Source: Pseudomonadota bacterium | GTDB taxonomy: Bacteria > Pseudomonadota > Alphaproteobacteria > MPNO01 | Assembly (NCBI GenBank): GCA_036339495.1 | Contig: JAYZAW010000157.1 | Span: forward strand, 1-43,155 | Length of the DNA: 43,155 nucleotides | Direction: 5' to 3' | Part shown: in pieces, positions 27,397-37,449 of the stretch | Position numbering within the stretch: the stretch's first letter is position 1 | Layout: each line of letters begins with the position of its first letter | Translations under genes and position numbers: made by a program | Notes under the pieces: model-generated | Database searches by the model: none | Told to the model about the DNA's origin: nothing | The model's input: only the letters and a program-made list of their open reading frames with translations

Positions 27397-28515
27397 TCAT
27401 ACGCGCATCGGCATCAGGACGTAGAGCGCTGCCGGATCCGCTTTGTCGCGCACCAATGTCGGCGACGCGCCGTCCGACAGCATGAACTGCGCCGAATCCC
27501 CTTCGATCTGCTGGGTGATATCCAGGAGATAGCGCGAATTAAATCCGATTTCGAGCAACCCGTCGGCATATTCGACTTCAAGCTCCTCGGTGGCGCTGCC
27601 GGCATCGGGGCTGGTCGCCGACAGGACCAGACTGCCCTGATCGACGCTGAGTTTTATGGCGCGCGATTTTTCCGTTGAAATCGTCGACACCAGATCGACC
27701 GCCTTGGCGAAGATTTTTGTGCTGACCTCGAGGGATTTGTCATTCGCGAAAGGGATAACCCGGTTGTAATCGGGGAAAGTGCCATCAATCAGCTTCGATG
27801 TCAGAACGACGCCTTCGAAAGCAAAACGGATTTTTGTGTCCGACAGCGAAACTTCCACATCGCCGCCGATTTCATCGATCAGCTTGCTGAGTTCGCCGAC
27901 GGTTTTGCGCGGCACGATAACGCCGGGCATGCCGTCGGCGCCCGCCGGCAGCGGAATTTCCATCCGCGCCAGTCGATGGCCATCCGTCGCAACCACGCGC
28001 AGGACCGGCGTGCCTTCCTGGTCGGCGGGGTGAAAATAAAGCCCGTTCAGATAATATCGCGTTTCCTCGGTCGACATGGCGAACCGGGTGCGGTCGATCA
28101 GCCCGCCGAGCGCTTCCGATGACAGGGAAAAATTGTGCGGCAGATCGCCCTCGGCCATGACGGGGAAATCCTCGCTCGGCAATGTGGCGAGGCTTAGCTT
28201 GGAACGCCCGGACCGGATGGTGAGCCGGTTTTCCTCGCCGCCGCTATCGACCTCGACCTGGGCGCCTTCCGGAAGCTTGCGCACGATGTCATAGAGCGTA
28301 TGGGCGGACACGGTGGTCGCGCCCTCCTGCGTGATGTCGCCCGGCGCATTTTCCACCAGTGCAAGATCCATATCCGTCGCGGTCATGCCAAGCGTGCCAT
28401 CCCGCGCGCCGAGCATCACGTTGCCCAGGATCGGTATGGTGTTGCGGCGCTCGACCACGCCTTGAACATGCGCCAGGGATTTAAGCAAGGAGCTTCGATC
28501 GATCGTCAGTTTCAT
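27397..28515 (-). CDS. dnaN: DNA polymerase III beta sliding clamp
   Basis: MKLTIDRSSLLKSLAHVQGVVERRNTIPIL... 372 aa, in the position between dnaA and recF. Confidence 0.95.
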   Translation of the reverse strand: MKLTIDRSSLLKSLAHVQGVVERRNTIPILGNVMLGARDGTLGMTATDMDLALVENAPGDITQEGATTVSAHTLYDIVRKLPEGAQVEVDSGGEENRLTIRSGRSKLSLATLPSEDFPVMAEGDLPHNFSLSSEALGGLIDRTRFAMSTEETRYYLNGLYFHPADQEGTPVLRVVATDGHRLARMEIPLPAGADGMPGVIVPRKTVGELSKLIDEIGGDVEVSLSDTKIRFAFEGVVLTSKLIDGTFPDYNRVIPFANDKSLEVSTKIFAKAVDLVSTISTEKSRAIKLSVDQGSLVLSATSPDAGSATEELEVEYADGLLEIGFNSRYLLDITQQIEGDSAQFMLSDGASPTLVRDKADPAALYVLMPMRV

Positions 28516-28749
28516 GGTTTCAGGCTGCCGTTTTTAGAGGCCGATAAGATAGGCCAAAGCCGCATCGGGACCGTCCTAAATACCTGGGATTCGCCTTAAA
28601 CCGAATCGGTAAACCCCACGATCGGAAGATGCCTCGACGCCACCACGCCCTAACCGCCAAATTATAGCACAGGGCGTTGGAATTCGAAGAAATTTCGCAC
28701 CCAATCAACAACATCTCTGGGGTTTCGAAGGGGCCCGAAAAGTGCGTGT

Positions 28750-30153
28750 TCAGGCTTCAAGCATTCGGCGCAAAAGTTCGACATCCTCGTCAAACCCGAC
28801 ATCGGCCTGGCGCAGCTCATCGATCTTTTTTACGGCATGCATCACCGTCGTATGATCGCGCCCACCGAACTTTCGGCCGATTTCCGGCAACGAACGGGTT
28901 GTCAGCTGTTTGGCGAGATACATGGCCACCTGCCGCGGCCGCGCGACCGCGCGCGAACGGCGCGCCGAATGCATGTCCGCAATGCGAATATTGAAATGTT
29001 CCGCGACGCGTTTTTGGATTTCCTCGATGGTTACGCGCCGGTCATGGGCGCGCAGCAGGTCGTGCAGAACTTCCTGACAGGTTTCCAACGTGATATCGCG
29101 TCCGACCAGCGTCGAATGAGCCACCACGCGGTTGAGGGCGCCTTCCAGTTCGCGCACGCTCGCGGTGATTTTATGAGCGAGAAATTCCATGACCTTGGCG
29201 GGGATTTCCGTGCGCAGCTGTTCCGCCTTGGATTGCAGAATGCCGACCCGCAATTCATAGGTCGTCGCGTGGATATCGGCGACCAGGCCCCAGCCCAGAC
29301 GGGACCGCAGCCGTTCCTCCATCCCTTCCAGATCGGACGGCGATTTGTCGGCCGACACGATGACTTGCCGGTTATTATCCACCAGCGCATTGAAAGTATG
29401 GAAGAATTCTTCCTGAGTCGATTCCTTGCCGATGATGAATTGCACGTCATCGATCATCAGGACATCGACCGAACGGAACCGATCCTTGAATGCCATGGTG
29501 TCGTGAAACCGCAGCGCGCGGATAAAATAATACATGAACTTTTCGGCCGACATGTATACGACCTTGCGTTCGGGCTCGCGCTTGCGGATATGCCAGGCGA
29601 TGGCATGCATCAAATGGGTCTTGCCGAGCCCGACGCCGCCATAAAGGAATAGCGGATTATAGGACGCCGTCGCCGAATCCGCGACCCGGCGCGCGGCGGC
29701 ATAGGCCAACTCGTTCGGCTTGCCCACCACGAATTTCTCGAATACGAAGCGCGGGTCGAGCTGGGCGCCGAACTCATCATCGCCGTTACTGCCGGCGGAA
29801 GGCGGCAACGCGGCCCCGCCGAATGATAGTTCCGCGGTCACCTGATTCTCGATTGAGGTCGCCGCGGGTTTCTGCACACGCGCCGATTCGGTCTGAATCA
29901 CGATATCGATCGTGCTGACGGAATTGTCTTCCTCCATCCAGAGCTCGCCAATTCTATCGCCGTAATGCCCGACGACCCAATCGCGCATGAATCGCGTCGG
30001 CACGGAAATCGTCACCACGCCAGCGCTCACTTCAAGCAACGTCATGGGCTTCAACCAGCTCTTATAAGCCGATTCGCCGACCTCGGCCCGCAATACGCCG
30101 CGAACCCGAGCCCATTGCGACGCAACGCGTGGCGCAACCCCACCAAAAGCCAT
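28750..30153 (-). CDS. dnaA: chromosomal replication initiator DnaA
   Basis: AAA+ Walker A GGVGLGKTHL, Walker B LMIDDVQF, and C-terminal DNA-binding domain (RQVAMYLAKQLT...IGRKFGGRDHTTVMHA). The ATG at 30153 is preferred over the TTG at 30159. Confidence 0.95.
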   Translation of the reverse strand: MAFGGVAPRVASQWARVRGVLRAEVGESAYKSWLKPMTLLEVSAGVVTISVPTRFMRDWVVGHYGDRIGELWMEEDNSVSTIDIVIQTESARVQKPAATSIENQVTAELSFGGAALPPSAGSNGDDEFGAQLDPRFVFEKFVVGKPNELAYAAARRVADSATASYNPLFLYGGVGLGKTHLMHAIAWHIRKREPERKVVYMSAEKFMYYFIRALRFHDTMAFKDRFRSVDVLMIDDVQFIIGKESTQEEFFHTFNALVDNNRQVIVSADKSPSDLEGMEERLRSRLGWGLVADIHATTYELRVGILQSKAEQLRTEIPAKVMEFLAHKITASVRELEGALNRVVAHSTLVGRDITLETCQEVLHDLLRAHDRRVTIEEIQKRVAEHFNIRIADMHSARRSRAVARPRQVAMYLAKQLTTRSLPEIGRKFGGRDHTTVMHAVKKIDELRQADVGFDEDVELLRRMLEA

Positions 30154-30595
30154 CTTCAAATTAATCCTTCAAACAGGCGTGAAGCCCGCACTAAAACCAT
30201 TGTTGTGATCCGAGGTAAATATAGAATTTCGGAGAAATTCTCGATTCGATTGATTTGCCCATCCCGACCTATCCAAGCGTGCGTTGAAATCACGGGACCG
30301 GTCGCGACACTGCAATTCATATTTAAGCCCCCCTGACTTAACCCTATCGCCCCGGATGAGTTTCGGTTCTTTATTGATCAGTATTTTATTCGACGAAGCT
30401 AAAACAGAACTCAGAGAACCTTAGCCAAGTCATTGATTGTATTGAATAAGTAAAAATCGTTATTTTTATTTACGGGAACGGCCTCCCCAACCGCTCCGAA
30501 CAGTTTCAATGTAACCGCGCTTGAAACAGCTTGCAACTGGATCGAACGGTGAACGTCAACTTAATTTCACGAATCAGAACTTTTTTTATCGCGCG

Positions 30596-30627
30596 GATAA
30601 AAAAATATCGGCGGGACCAGCCCGCCG
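30596..30627 (-). terminator. Rho-independent terminator of rpsT
   Basis: On the minus strand, CGGCGGG-CTGGT-CCCGCCG (30627-30609) is followed by ATATTTTTTTAT. It lies 46 nt downstream of the rpsT stop. Confidence 0.65.
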
Positions 30628-30672
30628 ACAAATCAAATCAAAAATGCGAACTCGATGGGAGAAACAGACTCC

Positions 30673-30936
30673 CTAGGAAAGCGCCTTTACCCTGGCCGAC
30701 ATGCGGGAAACTTTTCGCGACGCCGTATTCTTGTGCAGTACGCCCTTGGTCACGCCGCGCATAATTTCCGGCTGCGCCGCCTTCAGGGCCTGTTGGGCGG
30801 CATCCTTGTCGCCGCCTTCGATCGCCGACTCGACGCGTTTGATAAAAGTCCGAATCCGGCCCATGCGCGCATGGTTGATAACGGTGCGGCGCGCGTTGCG
30901 ACGAACGCGCTTTTTGGCCGACTGGATGTTAGCCAT
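30673..30936 (-). CDS. rpsT: 30S ribosomal protein S20
   Basis: [25 protein letters not shown]... 87 aa and highly basic. Confidence 0.95.
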   Translation of the reverse strand: MANIQSAKKRVRRNARRTVINHARMGRIRTFIKRVESAIEGGDKDAAQQALKAAQPEIMRGVTKGVLHKNTASRKVSRMSARVKALS

Positions 30937-30949
30937 AAACTAGCCTCTA

Positions 30950-30994
30950 CATTCAAAAAAGTAACTGCGGTGGCGTGTTTTAATGCGCCGCCGC
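30950..30994 (-). terminator. hairpin plus T-run downstream of the enoyl-CoA hydratase operon (overlaps the presumed rpsT promoter/leader)
   Basis: On the minus strand, GCGGCGGCGC-ATTAAAACA-CGCCACCGC forms 9 bp including one G.U, followed by AGTTACTTTTTTG. It ends only about 14 nt upstream of the rpsT ATG, so its role as terminator versus rpsT leader is ambiguous. Confidence 0.4.
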
Positions 30995-31051
30995 TTCGCG
31001 GTCAAGCAATTCGAACATGACACGGAGCGCTGTCCTCAAGCTATTGATAAA

Positions 31052-31828
31052 TCAACGGTTTTTAAATACCGGTTTTCTCTTTTCCATAAAGGCGGCCATG
31101 CCCTCGGATTGGTCCTCGGTCCCGAACGTCGATTGGAAGACCATGCGTTCGAAGCGGACGCCTTCGCTGAGGGAGACCTCATAGGACCGGTTGACGGCTT
31201 CCTTGATCATCATGGTGATGGGCTTGGACATGCCGGCGATCTTGGCGGCGGTTTTCATCGCTTCGTCGACGAGGCCGTCGCCGGGAACAATGCGGCTGAC
31301 CAAGCCGCTGCGTTCCGCTTCTTCCGCATCCATCATGCGACCGGTCAGGCACATCTCCATCGCCTTGGATTTGCCGACGAAGCGGGTCAGGCGCTGCGAG
31401 CCGCCGAGGCCGGGGGTGACCCCAAGCGTAACCTCGGGCTGTCCGAATTTCGCGGTTTCGGAAGCGAGTATGAAATCGCACATCATGGCCAGTTCGCATC
31501 CGCCGCCCAACGCATATCCGGATACGGCGGCGATCACCGGCTTGCGGCTGCGCGACATGCGCTCGCCATCGACCGTCATGAAGTTGGCCACATAGAGTTC
31601 GGGCCAAGTCTGTTCCGCCATTTCCTTTATATCGGCGCCGGCGGCAAAGGCTTTGTCCGACCCGGTCAGAACAATCGCGCCGATTTGGTCATAGGCTTCC
31701 AACTCGTCCAGTGCCGCGGCCAAATCCCGCAACAGGGGCGTCGACAATGCGTTCAGCACCTCGGGGCGATTGAGGGTGATCAAACCGACGCCGTCACGGC
31801 AATCGACTGTAATGTTTTCGTAGGTCAT
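31052..31828 (-). CDS. enoyl-CoA hydratase (crotonase family)
   Basis: [37 protein letters not shown] and [14 protein letters not shown]. 258 aa. Confidence 0.9.
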   Translation of the reverse strand: MTYENITVDCRDGVGLITLNRPEVLNALSTPLLRDLAAALDELEAYDQIGAIVLTGSDKAFAAGADIKEMAEQTWPELYVANFMTVDGERMSRSRKPVIAAVSGYALGGGCELAMMCDFILASETAKFGQPEVTLGVTPGLGGSQRLTRFVGKSKAMEMCLTGRMMDAEEAERSGLVSRIVPGDGLVDEAMKTAAKIAGMSKPITMMIKEAVNRSYEVSLSEGVRFERMVFQSTFGTEDQSEGMAAFMEKRKPVFKNR

Positions 31829-31841
31829 TGAAGTCTCCTAT

Positions 31842-32222
31842 TCATTCGGGCGAAAGGGAAAATTGAACCGTCAGGTTCTTTCCCGACCCGGAAATATTTA
31901 TAAGCAGTAACTCGCCATCGCGCCGGAACCGTCCGGGGAGGGCAAATTTCCAGCCAAGTTGCGGCAAGGCGCGCGCGTAGTAATTCATGACGGCCGCGCG
32001 CGAGACGCGGCCCGTGGCGGTCATTTTTACGATCCGGCCATGGGGCTTGTCGAACACCATCGTGGCCGCGCGATCCTCGGTAAGCCCGGTCATGAGCGGC
32101 AAATCGGTCAATCCGCTGAAATACCCGCCGGCCGCCTTGGCGGATTCGAACGGCGCAAAAACAGCAATCAGCCCAAGGATACACAGAGTTACGACGACAC
32201 GGCGGCAGTAGATGATAACCAT
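31842..32222 (-). CDS. hypothetical secreted protein (126 aa)
   Basis: N-terminal hydrophobic signal-like segment VVVTLCILGLIAVFAPFESAKA. It is tightly packed between mutM (15-nt gap) and the hydratase (13-nt gap). No family recognised. Confidence 0.55.
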   Translation of the reverse strand: MVIIYCRRVVVTLCILGLIAVFAPFESAKAAGGYFSGLTDLPLMTGLTEDRAATMVFDKPHGRIVKMTATGRVSRAAVMNYYARALPQLGWKFALPGRFRRDGELLLINISGSGKNLTVQFSLSPE

Positions 32223-32237
32223 ACGCTGCCTAATACA

Positions 32238-33089
32238 TCAGCGTTGCCGCACTGCACAATAAAAACTCGACCGGCCCGATTGCACGAGACGCCGAATTGC
32301 GCCGTCGCAATTGCATTCCGGGCATTTTTCGCCTTCGCGGCCATATACCTTGAAACTGTGCTGGAAATACCCGATCTCGCCCGAGGGCGCGACATGATCG
32401 CTGATCGTCGACCCGCCGGCCTCAATCGCGGCCGCCAAAACCTCCTGGATTGCCTGGACGAGACGATCGGCGCGGCGGCCTTGTACCGTCGCCGCCAGCC
32501 GCCGGGGCGACAGCCCGGCCATGAACAGGGCTTCACAGACATATATATTGCCGAGCCCGGCGACGACGCGCTGGTCGAGCAGCGCCGATTTGATCGGCGT
32601 GCGCTTGCCCTTGAGCCGTTCCGCCAACACCGGACCGGTAAATTCCTCGCCGATCGGTTCCGGCCCCAAATTCGTCAGCATTTTATGGCTGTGCAGGTTT
32701 TTCTCATCGGTCAGATCCATCATGCCGAATCGGCGCGGATCGATAAATCGCACCAATGCGCCGTTGCCGACCTCGAATATCACATGTTCATGTTTCCCGA
32801 TCACGAGTTCCGACCCGGAAGCGGCGCGTTCCGAAGCCGGCTCGATCAGCATGCGGCCCGACATGCCGAGATGGATGATCAGCACCGTTCCGTCATCGCA
32901 ATGAACCAGCAGAAACTTGGCGCGACGGTCGAGCCGTGTCACCACCCGGCCCTGCAACGCGTCCGCCATGCCAATCGGCAGCGGGAATCGAAGATCCGGA
33001 CGCATCACATGAACCCGTGTGAAGGGCCGGCCTTCCATCACGGTGGCGAGCCCGCGGCGGACGGTTTCTACTTCGGGAAGTTCGGGCAT
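32238..33089 (-). CDS. mutM: formamidopyrimidine-DNA glycosylase
   Basis: MPELPEVETVRRGL (catalytic N-terminal Pro after Met removal) and a C-terminal zinc finger CPECNCDGAIRRLVQSGRSSFYC. The track's 30-aa N-terminal extension is rejected. Confidence 0.95.
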   Translation of the reverse strand: MPELPEVETVRRGLATVMEGRPFTRVHVMRPDLRFPLPIGMADALQGRVVTRLDRRAKFLLVHCDDGTVLIIHLGMSGRMLIEPASERAASGSELVIGKHEHVIFEVGNGALVRFIDPRRFGMMDLTDEKNLHSHKMLTNLGPEPIGEEFTGPVLAERLKGKRTPIKSALLDQRVVAGLGNIYVCEALFMAGLSPRRLAATVQGRRADRLVQAIQEVLAAAIEAGGSTISDHVAPSGEIGYFQHSFKVYGREGEKCPECNCDGAIRRLVQSGRSSFYCAVRQR

Positions 33090-33126
33090 CGTATTGCCAG
33101 AGTAGCGCGGATTCGCTTCCCGCGCT

Positions 33127-33912
33127 ATGTTCCCGACCATGATCAAGGCGCCTAAAGATTCAAAATCCGGTCCCGACAATGTGTCCTTCGGCTTTCGCGA
33201 TGTTGACGCCGGCGAACATGGCGGGCTGGTACGCGACGTCTTCGATTCAGTGGCCGGCCGCTACGATCTAATGAATGATCTGATGAGCGGCGGGCTGCAC
33301 CGATTGTGGAAATCGGCGCTGATCGACTGGCTCAATCCCAAACCCCGTACCACGCTGATCGATGTGGCCAGCGGCACCGGCGACATCGCCTTTCGTTTTC
33401 TCGAACGCGCCGGCGAAACCGCAAGCGCGGCCATATGCGACGTCAATAAGCAAATGCTGAACGTCGGCGCGGAGAGGGCGCTCGACCGGGGGCTGGTTTC
33501 AGGACTGTCGGTGATTTGCGGCGATGCCCAATCGCTTCCAATCGCAAGCAACAGCGCCGATGCCTGCGCAATTGCTTTTGGATTGCGCAATGTCACCCAC
33601 CGCGATCAGGCCTTGGCCGAAATGCAGCGCATTCTGCGGCCTGGCGGGCATTTTCTGTGCCTCGAATTCAGCCATCCCGTGTTGCCGCTCCTAAAACCTC
33701 TCTACGATCTTTATTCCTTCAAAGTGTTGCCGATGCTGGGCGCGCGGGTCGCCGGGGACGAAGACGCCTATCGCTATCTGGTGGAAAGCATTCGAACCTT
33801 TCCGGATCAGGAAAGCCTGTTGAGCGAACTGGGCGAGGCCGGATTTGGCAATGTATCCTTCCGAAATCTTTCCGGCGGCATTGTCGCCATCCATTCGGGC
33901 TGGCGAATCTGA
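33127..33912 (+). CDS. ubiE: ubiquinone/menaquinone biosynthesis C-methyltransferase UbiE
   Basis: VFDSVAGRYDLMNDLMSGGLHRLWK, the SAM motif DVASGTGD and FGLRNV. Divergent from mutM. Confidence 0.9.
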   Translation: MFPTMIKAPKDSKSGPDNVSFGFRDVDAGEHGGLVRDVFDSVAGRYDLMNDLMSGGLHRLWKSALIDWLNPKPRTTLIDVASGTGDIAFRFLERAGETASAAICDVNKQMLNVGAERALDRGLVSGLSVICGDAQSLPIASNSADACAIAFGLRNVTHRDQALAEMQRILRPGGHFLCLEFSHPVLPLLKPLYDLYSFKVLPMLGARVAGDEDAYRYLVESIRTFPDQESLLSELGEAGFGNVSFRNLSGGIVAIHSGWRI

Positions 33913-33914
33913 AC

Positions 33915-35471
33915 ATGTTCCGGACGCTACGCAATCTTCGGCGGCTATGGGCGATTGCCCGCACGCTGGCGCGGCATGATGCGATCGTCGGCCCCGGCGG
34001 CGTGGAAATTCCAGTGCCGTTGCGGTTTGCCATCCGGCTGATGAAGTTCCGAAAAATTCCAGGGATATCCGCAAAACGTCCGGGTGAGCGGCTCTCGCTG
34101 GCGCTCCAGGCGCTGGGTCCGGCTTTCATAAAGCTGGGCCAGGTGCTGTCGGTGCGCGTCGATTTGATCGGCGAGGAGATGGCGGCCGATTTATCCTTGC
34201 TGCAGGACCGGCTGCCGCCCTTCACGGGCGCGGAAGCCATTTCAACCATCGAGGCCGAGTTCGACGGGCCCATCGGCGACATTTTCGAAACATTCAATCC
34301 GGACCCGGTTGCGGCCGCGTCGATCGCACAGGTGCACCGGGCGGTGACGGCCGATGGGGCCGAGGTCGCCGTAAAAGTGCTGCGGCCCGGCGTGGAGGAC
34401 GCATTTCAGCGCGATCTCGATCTTATGCGCTGGCTGGCCGAACGGGTCGAAGAAAGCCAGCCCGCGCTGAAAAGATTGAAACCAATCGATGTGGTTGAGA
34501 CCCTGGCCGATACCGTCGCCATGGAGCTGGATTTGCGCCTTGAGGCCGCGGCCGCCGACGAATTGCGGCGCAATTTCGAGGACGATCCGAATTTCATCGT
34601 TCCCGGGGTCGATTGGATCCGCACCGCGCGCCGCGTGTTGACCACGGATTGGATTGACGGCGTGCAGCTGCATGATCGGGACGCGCTGGTAAACCAGGGG
34701 CACGACCTCGAAAACGTGGTCGCCAATCTGGCGCGGGCGTTTTTCCTGCAAATCTTCCGCGACGGATTCTTCCATGCCGATCTGCATCCCGGCAATCTCT
34801 TTATTGCCGAGGACGGCGCAGTGATCGCGGTCGATTTCGGCATCATGGGGCGGATCGACAAGAAGACCCGGCAATATCTCGCGGAAATGCTGCTTGGGTT
34901 TCTGACCGGCGATTACCAGCGCGTGGCGGAAGTTCATTTCCGTGCCGGCTATGTTCCGGCCGACCAGTCGGTCGACGCCTTCGCCCAGGCCGCCCGGTCG
35001 ATTGCCGAGCCCATATTGGGATTGCCGCTCAACCAGATTTCCCTTGCCCGGCTCCTGGCTCAGCTGTTTCAGGTTACCGAGCGGTTTCAGATGGAGACCC
35101 AGCCCCAGCTCCTGCTGCTGCAGAAAACCATGCTGGTGGCGGAGGGCGTCGGGCGCGGACTTTATCCGGACGTCAATATGTGGGAGCTGGCGCGGCCGAT
35201 GATCGCCGACTGGATGACCGAAACGCTCGGCCCCGAAGCCCGCATCCGAGACGCGGTCGGCGATGTGGTGCGAGGGCTTGAGCGGCTTCCGACGCTATTG
35301 GCGGATGTCGAGGATTCGGTCGACGCCATGGCCCGAGACGGGCTGCGCCTGCATCCGGATACGGTGCGCGCCGTTGCCGAGATGCAGCGCGCGCGGCGGC
35401 GGCGATGGCCGATCTGGGCCGGGGCCGGAGCGGCGATTGCCGTTGCGCTGTACGCGGCGCTGGAGGGATAA
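33915..35471 (+). CDS. ubiB: ubiquinone biosynthesis regulatory kinase-like protein UbiB (ABC1/ADCK family)
   Basis: The ATG 2 nt after the ubiE stop gives MFRTLRNLRRLWAIARTL... Further motifs are LGPAFIKLGQVLS, ASIAQVH, FFHADLHPGNL and a C-terminal TM. The track ORF from 33516 overextends through ubiE. Confidence 0.9.
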   Translation: MFRTLRNLRRLWAIARTLARHDAIVGPGGVEIPVPLRFAIRLMKFRKIPGISAKRPGERLSLALQALGPAFIKLGQVLSVRVDLIGEEMAADLSLLQDRLPPFTGAEAISTIEAEFDGPIGDIFETFNPDPVAAASIAQVHRAVTADGAEVAVKVLRPGVEDAFQRDLDLMRWLAERVEESQPALKRLKPIDVVETLADTVAMELDLRLEAAAADELRRNFEDDPNFIVPGVDWIRTARRVLTTDWIDGVQLHDRDALVNQGHDLENVVANLARAFFLQIFRDGFFHADLHPGNLFIAEDGAVIAVDFGIMGRIDKKTRQYLAEMLLGFLTGDYQRVAEVHFRAGYVPADQSVDAFAQAARSIAEPILGLPLNQISLARLLAQLFQVTERFQMETQPQLLLLQKTMLVAEGVGRGLYPDVNMWELARPMIADWMTETLGPEARIRDAVGDVVRGLERLPTLLADVEDSVDAMARDGLRLHPDTVRAVAEMQRARRRRWPIWAGAGAAIAVALYAALEG

Positions 35472-35546
35472 TTCCAGGTGGCCTTGTGAAACCGCCATCC
35501 AATCACTAAGTTATTGAGAACTCAATCGAATCGGGTGAGCGTATCG

Positions 35547-36746
35547 ATGCTCAACGGAAAACGGATCCTACTGATCATCGCCGGCGGAATCGCGGCCTAT
35601 AAAAGCCTCGACCTGATCCGGAGGCTGCGCGAACGCAATGCGACGGTGCGCTGCGTATTGACCCGCGCCGGGGCCGAATTCGTGACCCCGTTGTCGATCT
35701 CCGCCTTGTCGGAAGAAAAAGTCTATGGCGATCTGTTTTCGCTGACCGATGAAAATGAGATGGGCCATATCCGCCTGTCGCGCGAGGCCGATCTGGTGGT
35801 TATCGCGCCGGCGACGGCCAATATTCTGGCGAAAATGGCCGGCGGCATCGGCGACGATCTCGCCACCACGACATTGCTGGCGACCGACAAATCGGTCATG
35901 GCGGTTCCGGCCATGAATGTCCGCATGTGGGAACATGAGGCCACCCGCGCCAATATCGAAACGCTTATCAAACGCGGCGTCTTGTTTGCCGGGCCGGTGG
36001 AGGGCGCCATGGCGTGCGGCGAATTCGGCGCCGGGCGCATGCTCGATCCTTTGGATATCGTCGATGCGATCGAAGGTTATTTCACGGCCGGCGCGCCGCT
36101 GTCGGGCAAGCGCGCGCTGGTCACCAGCGGCCCAACATTGGAAGCCATTGATCCGGTTCGCTATATCGCCAACCGGTCGTCGGGCAAGCAGGGCCATGCC
36201 ATCGCCGCCGCGTTCGCCCGTTCCGGCGCGGCGACAACGCTGGTTACCGGACCGACCCATCAAATCGATCCGCCCGGCGTGTCGGTGGTGCATATCGAAT
36301 CGGCGCGCGACATGCTGGATGCCTGCAAGGGCGCCTTGCCCGCCGACGTGGCGGTCTGCGCCGCCGCGGTGTCCGACTGGCGGCCCGACGCGGCCAGAGA
36401 CAGCAAGATCAAGAAAAACGGCGGCCCGATTCCGGCGCTGAATTTGGTGGAAAACCCGGATATTTTGGCCAGCCTGGCGCGGCCCGACAACGCCCGCCCC
36501 GCGCTGGTGATCGGATTTGCCGCCGAAACCGAAAACGTTGCCGCTAATGCCGCGGCAAAGCGCCTGAAAAAAGGCTGCGACTGGATTCTCGCCAATGATG
36601 TTTCACCTGCAAGCGGCACCTTCGGCGGTGATGAAAACCAAATTCATTTTGTAACCGAAACGAATCGGGAAGACTGGCCCCGCATGTCGAAGGAAGACGT
36701 CGCTTCGCGCCTGGTCGATCAGGTTGCACGGCGCTTGGCCGGCTGA
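35547..36746 (+). CDS. coaBC: bifunctional phosphopantothenoylcysteine decarboxylase / phosphopantothenate-cysteine ligase
   Basis: MLNGKRILLIIAGGIAAYKS (flavoprotein domain), PAMN, and the CoaB domain (ITNRSSGK-like YIANRSSGKQG). The ATG at 35547 is preferred over the TTG at 35514. Confidence 0.9.
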   Translation: MLNGKRILLIIAGGIAAYKSLDLIRRLRERNATVRCVLTRAGAEFVTPLSISALSEEKVYGDLFSLTDENEMGHIRLSREADLVVIAPATANILAKMAGGIGDDLATTTLLATDKSVMAVPAMNVRMWEHEATRANIETLIKRGVLFAGPVEGAMACGEFGAGRMLDPLDIVDAIEGYFTAGAPLSGKRALVTSGPTLEAIDPVRYIANRSSGKQGHAIAAAFARSGAATTLVTGPTHQIDPPGVSVVHIESARDMLDACKGALPADVAVCAAAVSDWRPDAARDSKIKKNGGPIPALNLVENPDILASLARPDNARPALVIGFAAETENVAANAAAKRLKKGCDWILANDVSPASGTFGGDENQIHFVTETNREDWPRMSKEDVASRLVDQVARRLAG

Positions 36747-36748
36747 AG

Positions 36749-36772
36749 TTACCCACAAGGTCTTGTGGGTAA
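36749..36772 (+). terminator. perfect palindromic hairpin just after the coaBC stop (terminator-like)
   Basis: TTACCCACAAG (36749-36759) pairs with CTTGTGGGTAA (36762-36772), followed by GCTGGATTTTAT. The T-run is short and interrupted. Confidence 0.4.
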
Positions 36773-36838
36773 GCTGGATTTTATCTCAATAGCTGGTTAC
36801 ATGGCATCGCCGGTCCATTAAAATGACCGTGAATTTCA

Positions 36839-37363
36839 ATGTATGGGGTGCCTGCCGTGTCGGACAATATTGCGCGTCTGCCGTCTTCCGATAATCCTGC
36901 AAATGATGTTCGCGTCGCGGTCCGGCAACTCCCGGGCGGCGAAGACCTCGCGCTGCCGGCCTATGAGACCGCGCAATCGGCCGGACTCGACCTCCCGGCC
37001 GCGATAGACGACGATCTGGTGCTGGCCCCCGGCGCGCGCGCGATGGTCCCCACCGGGCTCGCCATCGCCCTGCCGGCCGGTTATGAGGCCCAGATTCGCC
37101 CGCGTTCAGGCCTCGCCGCCAAGCATGGCCTGACAATCCTGAACAGCCCGGGCACCATAGACGCCGACTACCGGGGCGAATTGAAAGCCATCCTCATCAA
37201 TCTCGGCGACGCGGATTTCACCATCACGCGCGGCATGCGGATCGCCCAGATGGTGATCGCGCCGGTAACGCGCATCGCCTGGGACGTTGTGGAGGCGCTG
37301 CCGGAAAGCCAGCGGGGCGAGAGCGGCTTCGGATCGACCGGCGCCGGCGGCAAAAAATCCTGA
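36839..37363 (+). CDS. dut: dUTP diphosphatase
   Basis: [27 protein letters not shown] and GFGSTG motifs. The exact start is uncertain (ATG at 36839 or an internal GTG). Confidence 0.9.
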   Translation: MYGVPAVSDNIARLPSSDNPANDVRVAVRQLPGGEDLALPAYETAQSAGLDLPAAIDDDLVLAPGARAMVPTGLAIALPAGYEAQIRPRSGLAAKHGLTILNSPGTIDADYRGELKAILINLGDADFTITRGMRIAQMVIAPVTRIAWDVVEALPESQRGESGFGSTGAGGKKS

Positions 37364-37449
37364 TCATCCCATAATCCGCGCCCGTTCGGCGGTCCACCGC
37401 TCTATACTCGCGCCAGCGCGTAATTTCACGGCGTTGATACGGGACATCG

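Noticed and set aside
28516-30672. Possible chromosomal origin (oriC) next to dnaA, including the AT-rich stretch at 30340-30480 and the palindrome TTTTTTTATC-GCGCG-GATAAAAAAA at 30584-30608
   Set aside because: I found no cluster of good DnaA boxes; the best matches to TTATCCACA are 6-7 of 9. The palindrome adjoins the rpsT terminator stem (30609-30627), and its A-run arm overlaps the terminator T-run. In alphaproteobacteria the origin is usually near hemE rather than dnaA. A genome-wide GC-skew and DnaA-box scan would be needed to settle it.
36749-36772. Back-to-back DnaA-box-like sequences TTACCCACA / TGTGGGTAA
   Set aside because: Each matches the E. coli box at 8/9 positions, but together they simply form the two arms of a hairpin 3 nt after the coaBC stop. 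The terminator interpretation is more economical.
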